Below are positions 54,928-64,000 of a stretch of 64,000 nucleotides of DNA, one piece after another. The translations under genes and the position numbers were made by a program. Every line of letters begins with the position of its first letter. Positions within the stretch are counted from its first letter, which is position 1. The notes beneath the pieces are model-generated. The model worked only from the letters and a program-made list of their open reading frames with translations. It was not told the DNA's origin and searched no databases. Origin of the DNA: Eledone cirrhosa (taxonomy: Eukaryota); assembly GCA_964016885.1 (NCBI GenBank), contig OZ024741.1, positions 73,532,001 through 73,596,000 on the forward strand, given 5' to 3'.

Positions 54928-55192
54928 TAATAATAATAAGGATTTCTTTATTAACCACAAGGGTTTACATAAAGTAGGCATTAAGGACAGTACAGGACAA
55001 TACAGGGCGGTACAAATGGGCATTTCTGCGTGCAAAAAAAACAAGAAACAGAGGATGTAATAATAGAACAATGAAAAAATTCCCCAATAGCGGGGAGACT
55101 TCCGAGGGACATTCGTGGAGAAAGCCCATTAAAAAGCCACAGTGACCCTGACCACAAAGGCAAGTGCCTTCTCCCAGTTTTCCACCTTTAAT

Positions 55193-58100
55193 TTACAGAC
55201 ACATACTCAGAGTAGGCCCATTCACTAGGGCCATTCTTGCCTCTCTCACCCATCTTTCAACAAAATGCTGGAAAGAGAGCACTTCCCTTTCTAGCCTGAT
55301 TTTCCTTTTGAAATGAAATTGGAAAAAGTTAATCAGGGCATCACCGAAGAGGTAAGTGCTCGTCTTCAGCCCTTTCAAACGTGTCCACCATACTATCTCT
55401 TTCGCCATGGCCACCAGACAGATAAAAACTGCTTGCCCTTCCCGGCTAAAAGAAGAGGGCGGGGCAATCCTCACGATGGACTCAGCTGATAGCTGGATCC
55501 GTCCCACACGCGACAGCAGGTGTTCGACATAAACCCACAAGTCATTAATGCTCGGACACTGGACGAGTTCGTGCAGGACGGTTTCGTCGCCCTGCGCGCA
55601 TCTCGGACATGCCCGGCTGACGGCACCTCCATGCCTGTAGAGTTTATCCCGAACTGGCAAAGCTCCTCGGTAGCACTGCCAGGCCAGGGATTTCTTGAAG
55701 TTGTCCATAGGCCCCGGCCCGAAAGTTCTTCCGAAGAGATTGGCTAGTTGAGTTTCGTCGACGCCTAGAGTTTCCCCAAGTACGTCGTCGCTCTTCCCGT
55801 CCACTAATCCTCTATAGAACGCCAAGGTGGAGTTTCCACCGATCACATTGCCCGATTGGTCGAGGGCTGTGAGCGCCTGAAGACATTCCAGTCTCCAAGC
55901 GCTCCCTCTCGGTCTTCGCTTGACCCAGAACTGCAGCCCCGTCAAGGAGACGAGCTGGGGAAAGACGCGTCTAACAAACGGAGACCACACCTGATCACCG
56001 ACGAGGAAGAGCTGCAGATGTCGTAGCCTGAGCGCATGTCTGCGCATCATCAGCCACGGCATGCCCAGCCCTCCACGTAGCGGGTGTTAACAGCAGATGG
56101 ACCGCCTGACTATCGGAGCGCGTCCCTTCCACAAAAAGCGAAAGAGCAAACGCTCCAGCGCAGTCAGGCGAGGCTTAGGACAAGGTACGACGGTCAGGCG
56201 GTAGCAGATGACAGACGCGATGTACGCGTTAGCCACCTCCGCTCGACCTTTCAGGGATAGCTTCCTCTCGGCCCATTTCTGGGTGAGAGAAGCCACCCTG
56301 CTCGTCACCCCGTCCCAGTTTTTGTCCGTCTGGAGATCCGGACCGAACCAGACCCCGAGTAATTTAACTGGTCCGTCCGTCCAGCGCCCGACGACGCTGT
56401 TGGACGGTATGGACCTGCCTCTCCATGTGCCGAGCTGCAGGCCCACTGACTTTTCCTGGTTGATCATTGCTCCTGTCACCGCTTCGTATTCTTTTAGTGT
56501 AGTGCCGATCGCCTCGATGTGTTTGGCGTTCGACACCACTACGGTGACATCGTCCGCATATGCTGACACGGATCTTCCGCATCCTAGTTCGCGCGGGACG
56601 CCCCTCAACGTCTCCAGTTTGTGGAGTAATGGCTCGAGAGTCAATACGTACAAGAGGGACGAGAGGGGACATCCTTGGCGGACAGAGCGCATGAAGTTGA
56701 ACGGTTCCGAAAGGTGACCGTTCACTCTCACCACAGAGCAGATGTCGCTGTGCATGGCAGCGATCCAGCCTCTGAAGACGGGCCCAAAGCCAGCCGCCCT
56801 CAGGACTGCCGCTAGGTAACGATGATCGACCCTATCGAAAGCTTTCGACTGATCTAAATTGATCAAGGACCCACCCGTGCCAGGCTCCCTAGCTACCCTC
56901 TCTACGATGTATCGCATGAGGTGGGGGTTGTCGTGGATGGATCTGTCGGGAATGGCGCATGTTTGCGCCTCTCCCACCAGACCACCAACGACAAGCGCCA
57001 ACCTCTTTGCTAGCACCTTGGCCAAAATCTTGAACTCTGTGTTTAGCAGAGATATGGGCCTATAATTATCTGTTATCCCCCTTGTTCGGATCCTTTCTCA
57101 GCAGCGCCACCGCTCCTCGGCTCACAGAGCTGGGAATTCTCCCGTTCTGTTGCCAGTTGCAGTAGACGTTCGCCAAGAGGCCTCCGAACAAGTCTGGCAT
57201 CTGTACGTCAAGTTCATAGGGCAGACCATCCAAACCAGGCGATTTACCCCTTGTGCAGCTAGTCATTGCCTCCCGTACTTCAGCGGCTGTTATCGGCTTT
57301 TCGTAACACTCCGCCTCAGTGGCCGAGAGCCGCGGCAGTCCGTCGAGGTAGACACTAAAGTCCATCCCTCAATCCAGCCCACCGCTGCCCCCGAACAACT
57401 GAGCGAAGTGTCGCTAAAAAGCTTCACACATTTGCCCGGGATCGAGTAGCATGCGCCCGTCGTGGTCCACCAAAGACCGTATCGTGGCTTTGTTGCCACG
57501 ACGCGCCTCCGCCACTCGAGCCCATTGAACGGCTTTCGTTCCCTCGTGTCTGAGAGCAAGCACCCTAGCTCTGACAACGCAGCCTCCGTGCTTTGCATTG
57601 AAGAATTGGTCATGAGCCAATTTCGCCGCAAGTACGTCGGTCGCGATGCCTTTGCTAAGCGCCTCGTCTAATTTTCTAACTAATTCTCCCTAATTCTCCC
57701 TCTGCTCTATTTTTCTCTATTGCTAAACCTAATAGACTCTATTACTAAACCTAAAGGACTCTATTCTAATTGCTCTTTTCAGAGCAAACCACCACTTGTT
57801 GTTGACGATGGCCCCGTCAACGCCCACTTAACTAGTTCGCTAATCCGGTCTCTATAGGCCTTGCGCTCTGGTAACGACGCGTTTAGCTTCCAGTAGCCGG
57901 GTCCTCGTCTATGAAGCCTATCTAAGTCAAGCACACAGATCACGAATTTGTGGTCCGTGTAGCCGAATATCTTGAATTGTGGACAGCCTATGCTAGACCT
58001 ATCTATTTCTCTACAAAATACTCTATCTAGATATGATCTGGATGACCCTATGCGATTTGTCCAAGTCCACATTGGCACATTCGGGAAATCCAATCGGTAC

Positions 58101-58630
58101 CTGTCAGACAGTTCAAAACGCCTGAGCAGGTTGGTGAGACTCTTGCACCCTCCTCCCCTATCCACTAATCCCACACAATCCTAGCGTGCATCTAAGATCC
58201 CGTTCCAGTCGCCCACTAACACTAAAGAGCGGGACGTGCCAAGAAAGCTTTCCAGACGCTGGAAGAAATCAGGCCTCCTTGCTCCTGTCGGGGCATAGAC
58301 GGCCACTAGCCTGAAAGCTTCCCCGTCTCCGCTGGTCACGTTTAGCACCACCAACTTACCTTCTGGGTCCAGGAAGATGGCCCGTATGGCGAAATCCAAA
58401 CCTCTCCGAAAAAGCACAGCAACTCCACCCCCCGATCCCGGACGGCTGGGAGATGCGTACACATCGTTGCCGCCGAAGATCGGTGCGAAGGCCCGTGCTT
58501 CGGAGATTCTGGTCTCGCTGATGGCCACTACATCTATGTTTAGTGACCTGAGGTCGTTGAGCAGGTGGCCCTGTTTCCATGACGACCCCAAGCCACGCGC
58601 ATTTATGCTGCCTATTCTGAGTGAGGTCAT
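55193..58630 (-). pseudogene. LINE ORF2: APE endonuclease, reverse transcriptase, C-terminal CCHC
   Basis: GSINARGL, VAISET, VGDWN, YLDRVF, YTDH, YWKLN, KSPGLDGLP, DQSKAFDRVDH, RQGCPLS, AYADD, LLGVWF, CPRC..ETVLH...QC; split over several ORFs. Confidence 0.95.
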
Positions 58631-59172
58631 GTTGAAATGGAGTGGAAAAGATGGGAAAGACCACTTACCTTACTTCTCGTAGAGGAAGAATGGTTTGTCC
58701 ATTCTTTTCACTGCTTGTGTCCTCCTCCGGAAGGATGTCTTTATAAATCCTGCTGGAGAGTGTTTGTCGGAAGTCTCCGATGTCTTTGGGGAATTTTTGT
58801 TTTAGTGTCGTGTACGTTTTCTGTGTGATGCGAGTGATTTGTATGTGTGGAGGTGGTGTCAACTTTTGGCTTGTTGTGTCGTCTTTTTCTGTGATGCTGG
58901 TGTTGCATGTAGTGTAATAATTGGTTGCTGTTCAAATGTAATGGTGTGTAGTGTGTATCGTTTTGGTTGTTTTGTTTTGTTTGCGTTTGTTGTGGGTTTG
59001 TTTCTGTTACGCTTTTTGGTGACTTTTGTGGTGTTGGTGATGGTGGTGTTGGGATTAATGATGGTGTTGGTGTTGGTGGTGATGGAGTTGGTAATGCTGG
59101 TGTGGATGGTGGCATATCTGTCTTAACTTTCTTGTTCGATAATTTATTTGTTTCCCTCTGTATTTTGTTTTT

Positions 59173-60340
59173 TTAGGGCATGGAAGAGAATTTTTTCTTT
59201 TTTGGTTTTAATTTTTTATTTTTTCCTGATACCGTTTCCCACTCCTCATCGTCACAATCTGTCTCCAGTTGCGATAAGCCGGGGAGTGGAAAATCCTCCG
59301 CAGGCGTTGGTTTTGGTTGTGGCGTGGTGGATGGTGTAGGCGCTGGTGCTAGTTCTGGGGCGTTGGGTGGTGGTGGTGTTAGTTTTGCTACTGTTGCTGG
59401 GGTTGTTGCTGTTACAGTTGCTTCTGTTGTTGCTGCTACAGTTGTTGCTGCTATTTCTGCTGCTGGTGGTGTTGATGGTTGAGTCACTGGGGTGGGTAAG
59501 AGAGGTGGCCTCAACCTTTTAGCCTGAGGGCAGAAAGCCCTTAGGTGGGTTACTTCACCACAAACGACACACCTAGGTCTTCTGCCCTCGACGATTACGG
59601 TGAGGTGGCTGCCGTCAGTGAGGTCTATTACCTCTGGAATCTCCTCAATGCTTTTATGGTCCGCTTGGATCATGAGCTCCATCCCAGATCCGGACCAGTT
59701 CTCCTGCTTTTCTTTTGCTATTTCTATTATTTTGGTGTTTGCCTCGATGCCGGCGAGGACGGCAGCCATTAGCCAGGGAATTTCGATGGCCGGTGAAACG
59801 TGGGTCACCCTGATCTTCACAAGTCTCTGGCCACAATAGCTTGGGATGATTGTGAAGTCGTCACTTCTTAATGGGGCCATGGAGCGTTCTCTGGCCTCCT
59901 GTGGTGTTTCAAAGAACACGTCCACGGTTCCATACTTCTGCCCACGTCTGATGTGGGTTTTTTTTGCCCACACATGTCTCAAAGCTTTTTGGATTTGGGA
60001 CTCAGATGCCCGTTCCACTCGGCGCGATTTTATGTTTATTGTCCGATAAGACACGGTGCATAGGCGACGTTGCTCCATTTTATTAGGTGGGGGAGGGGGT
60101 GAGGCTGACCCTGTACCCATCTTGCTTTACCATTCCTTTGGCTTCGTCTAATTCTTCCTGAGTTACCTGGATCGCTTCGCACGTTTTTGCTACTCTGGCA
60201 AAACTCAGGGTAGTTTTTTTAATTTCATTGTTGCTGTTGTTATTATCGTTATTTTTGCTATTGTTAATTTTAGTTTCAGTTGTGGTGGTGGTGGCGTCAG
60301 TGATCTTCGGTGTGGAAGAGTTCATTTTGGTTGAATTCAT
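59173..60340 (-). pseudogene. LINE ORF1 (nucleic-acid-binding, zinc knuckle), one frameshift near 60100
   Basis: LSFARVAK N-terminal motif, VEGRRPRCVVCGEVTHLRAFCP, P/T-rich linker, EEWETVSGKNKKLK. Confidence 0.85.
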
Positions 60341-60800
60341 TTCGATATCATGAGTTAATTTATTTTTTCTTTTGTTTCTGTTGTCGCTGTGGTGGTGGTG
60401 GTGGTGGTGGTGGTGGTGGCTTTAACACCTGCAGTCATTGGTAATGGCGGGAAATGAACGTCTGCCTGAGACAAATTTAAAATATTGCTACTGCTTACAA
60501 TTCCAGTGTTGGCAAACGTAGCAATATTTACAATGGTGGTGTCGGTGTGAGGTGTTGGATTGTGAGGTAGGAGTGACTCTGAGTAATCCATTATTTTTCA
60601 AAGAAAAATTTTTGTTTGATAATTATAAAAAGTTTAAATTTTGGGCTCAAGGCCCCAATATTTTTGAGTGTCCTTTTCAGAAATCAATGTATGTGCACTT
60701 ATATACAGTTAACAATAAAAGTTTTCCATGAATGGCAATTTTAAATTACTGAAAATAACAAACCTTTGCGGAGCTCACGATGATACGATTTACTACGTAA

Positions 60801-60939
60801 ATATTTTCAACGACCATTCCACATATTACAATGAAGCTCTTGCTCGGAGTGGATTTGTCGATAAGGTAGCATATACAGAGTACGAGAATAGACATAGGAA
60901 AAATAGATCCCGACGCATTATATGGTATAACCCACCATA
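60801..60939 (+). mobile_element. Duplicate of PLE sequence 62484-62622
   Basis: ATATTTTCAACGACCATTCC...TATAACCCACCATA, about 139 bp with one visible mismatch. Confidence 0.92.
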
Positions 60940-60956
60940 ATAATAATAGTAATAAT

Positions 60957-62351
60957 GTGATGAAGAGGGCTAAATTGAGCAGAAGCAACGGAATCCAGGT
61001 ACCAACAGGTGAGATGATAAAGGAAATTGACACTGAAGAAGGATACAAGTATTTGGGTGTTCTGGAGGCTGATGACATCAAGAACAAAAAAAAAAGGAAT
61101 TGATAAGAACTGAATACATTCGGAGAGTAAGGAGCGTATTAAAGTCACATCTGAACAGTAGGAATGCCATAAGTGCAGTAAATTCCCGAGCTGTGTCTAT
61201 TATTAGGTACAGTGCGGGAATTCTGAAATGGAATGTTGCTGAACAAAAAGAAATGGATAGGAAGACTAGGAAGCTATTGACTATCTACAACATGTTCCAC
61301 AAGAGGAGTGATGTCGATAGACTCTACTTAAGGAGATCTGAATGTGGAAGAGGTCTTATCAGCATAGAGGACTGTGTTCAGATGGAGAAAAACAACCTAC
61401 ACAAATACGTGACTGATAGTAAGGAGCCAATGCTCAGAACTGTACTGAAGGAGAGGACAATAGAACAGGGGATGTCCAAGGAGGAAATAACAACAAGGAG
61501 AAAGAGCAGCCTTCAGGAGAAATCCCTTCATAGTACCTTCTTTGAGAAAACTGAATTCAGAGAGATCCACAGACATGGAACTGGTTGAAAAGAGGAGATC
61601 TTAAAAAGGCTACAGAAGGAATGTTAATGGCTGCGCAAGAGCAGGCCTTCAAAACGAAGTGGTTGAAACGCCATATTTACAAGGAGGAGGCTAGCCCAAT
61701 GTGCAGGATCTGTGGAGAGAGAGAGGAGACTGTGGCTCACATTGTATCCGAGTGTAAACACCTAGTCCAGACTCACTATAAGGGCTGGAGACATGATGTG
61801 ATGGGCAGGGTGATCCACTGGCACCTATGCAAAGTAAACAATTTACCACATTCTGAGAAGTGGTATGAGCATAAGCCAGAGTCGGTGATATAAAACGATC
61901 AGGTGAAGGTGCTGTGGGATTTTAGGATACAGACGGACAAGAAACTGGAACACAATAGACCTGACCTGGTGGTTTTGGACAAAGAAAAAAGATCGTGCCT
62001 GATTGTGGATGTGGCCTGCCCATTCGACACGAGAGTGCAAGAGAAGGAGAGGGAGAAAATTAACCGATACCAGGACTTAAAGTGGGAGGTAAAAAAGATT
62101 TGGAACTGCCATGAAGTCAAAGTGGTCCCGATTGTCATAGGCGCACTAGGTACTATCTCAAAACGTTTCCAGGGATGGTTAAAGAAAATTGGCCCCGCCA
62201 CGCTTTTTGGAACGCTTCAAAAGGCATGCTTGCTGGGAACAGCAAGAACCCTCCGATACGTCCTGAATATCTGAGGCTGCAGGTAGTGGCTTCATATTCA
62301 TTTCAACAAACTTTCCAGTTAACTAACATCAATGACTGAGACTCAAAGAAC

Positions 62352-62398
<47 letters not shown>
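60957..62398 (+). mobile_element. 5'-truncated R4/Dong-type RLE retrotransposon flanked by (TAA)n
   Basis: GYKYLGV, RLYLRR..GRGL, LMAAQEQA, CRICGEREETVAHIVSEC, RHD, LWDFRIQTD..NRPDLV..IVDVACP, VVPIVIGALG; stop at 62274; (TAA)n at 60938-56 and 62352-98. Confidence 0.93.
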
Positions 62399-62400
<2 letters not shown>

Positions 62401-63262
62401 GCATTCTAACCATCCTGCGAGCATAACCAAGAACCTGGTAAGAAACGTTTCTTTGAGGCTTTCCCGTCTATCTACAAACGAGCATATTTTCAACGACCAT
62501 TCCACATATTACAATGAAGCTCTTGCTCGGAGTGGATTTGTCGATAAGGTAGCTTATACAGAGTACGAGAATAGACATAGGAAAAATAGATCCCGACGCA
62601 TTATATGGTATAACCCACCATATTATATGGAGGTGGCCACACCATTAGCTAAGATCTTTCTCTCCCTTATTATGAAGCATTTCCCCCTGCACATAAATAT
62701 AGTAAAACTTTTAATAGAAATACCATTAAAATTTCTTACTCTACGACTCCTAACCCTGCACATAACATCACAGCTTCAAATTTAGCTAAATTACCTAGCC
62801 GTAGGAACACGTGCGACCCTGTAGCTAGTACTAACTGTAATTGTAGGAATCGGGTTGATTTCCCCTATCCGGGAAATGCCTCTCTAGTAACATTGTCTAC
62901 AAATGTAAGGTTGAAATACCCACGTCCCGTAGGGCCTACATAGGGTTAACCGCCAAATGATTCAAGCAGTGTCTTTACATGCATACCCATTCTTTTGTTA
63001 ACCCTTTAAGAAGGAATATGACGTCACTCTCAGGTTATATCTGGAGTCTAAAAGACAACCACAGCCAATATAAGTTACACTGGGAGATCCTAGCTATAGG
63101 CTAGATCGTATAACGGAAATAAAAAACCATGTGACCTCTGCGCCGCAGAGGCCCTGGAAATCCTCTACGCCAAAGACCACATCTTAAACAAAAAATCTGA
63201 GGCAATTTCGGCTTGTAAACATAAATTGCACAAAACTTTCCTGTATTACAACCCCACATTAT
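62399..63262 (+). pseudogene. Penelope-like element C-terminal fragment: RT thumb, Cys-rich linker, GIY-YIG endonuclease
   Basis: Manual translation HSNHP..LRLSRLS, IIWYNPPY, FNRNTIKISYS, CNCRN, NIVYKC..AYIGLT (GIY-YIG), TSLSGYIWSLK, WEIL, CDLC..E, LNKKSE..SACKH; frameshifts. Confidence 0.88.
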
Positions 63263-64000
63263 ACCCTAACGGATAGTACGAACTATACGCGGATATTTTA
63301 TGTCTTGATGTGGTAGCTAAGTATATGTTATGTTTAAACCATTACTTATTCGCATAGGTAAGTATATATTACCTGCATGTTTTGTAAAGGTACGTATACT
63401 TTCTCGTACGTATATTTGCTTGTATATGTTATTGGCGTATATATTATATATACTGGTACATATGCATTTTGTTATGTGTATACGTGAGTTTTGCGCCTGT
63501 GTGAGTATGCAGGTTCGTACGTATGTAGGGTGTGTGTATGTGTGCACTTTGTGTTTTGGTTGACGTACGTCCGGGAACATATGTGTATTTACATGTAGTT
63601 GTGTGTGTACACGCGTTATATACGTATTTATGTGTGTATATTTATATACGTTTATTTAAATATGTATACACGCACACACATACACACACATTTATATGGA
63701 AATATGTTTTTATATATATGTTTATGTGTATTTGGTGTATACGTTCGTATATGTGCGGGTACAGGCGTTGCGTGGGTTCTGCTTGTGCGTGCGTGTTTTT
63801 TCTTGTTGTTTTTTTGTGTGTACGTGCTTGTATTTGCATACCCATGATCGCGTATGCTTGTGTATGTACGTATATGGATGCGTGTATGTATATATTTAAT
63901 TTCAATTACCTCTGTATTTTATTTACTTTACTCTTAACTCTAAAGCCGAGAATCATTCGGTTTCCTAAATAGAATTTTAGTCTACGACTTCAGTTATACG

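Larger units (their letters stand above)
54939..60720 (-). mobile_element. Near full-length Tx1/L1-type LINE (ORF1 + ORF2), disrupted by several stops and frameshifts
   Basis: ORF1 60340-59173 with CX2CX4HX4C knuckle; ORF2 58630-55193 with APE, RT and Zn finger; 3' AATAAA then (TTA)n. The 5' boundary is approximate. Confidence 0.96.

Noticed and set aside
63927-63951. Bulged tail hairpin at the end of the 62.4-63.3 kb PLE (TACTC..CC-GAGAA)
   Set aside because: Inner stem barely pairs and no upstream hammerhead was found; not counted.

Overview
Eukaryotic, gene-poor, repeat-saturated DNA. The tRNA/CORE SINEs and (TA)n density suggest a coleoid cephalopod such as Octopus (inference). No intact host gene is visible. 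1-12.47 kb is a 63-bp (3 x 21-bp) satellite of about 198 units. It keeps exact 63-bp phase to about 12.3 kb, has higher-order duplications, and ends in a degenerate but still open terminus. The rest is a mosaic of (TA)n and other microsatellites, four decayed Tx1/L1-type LINEs (three head-to-tail inside GATA repeats, one near full length), two R4/Dong-type RLE LINE 3' ends with (TAA)n tails, Penelope-like element (PLE) RT and GIY-YIG fragments, two decayed mariner-superfamily transposons, MITEs, a probable small Helitron and seven copies of one SINE. The most interesting signal is non-coding and invisible in the ORF track. Read by eye, there are about 20 hammerhead ribozyme motifs (roughly half with intact cores) from many sequence-unrelated PLE pseudo-LTR families, mostly inside long inverted or tandem repeats. 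Downstream of them there is a recurrent, covarying bulged hairpin (..TC-[inner stem-loop]-2-nt bulge-GA..), and the partner repeat arm usually ends in (TA)n just 5' of it. All folds are manual and untested, and coordinates may be off by a few bases.
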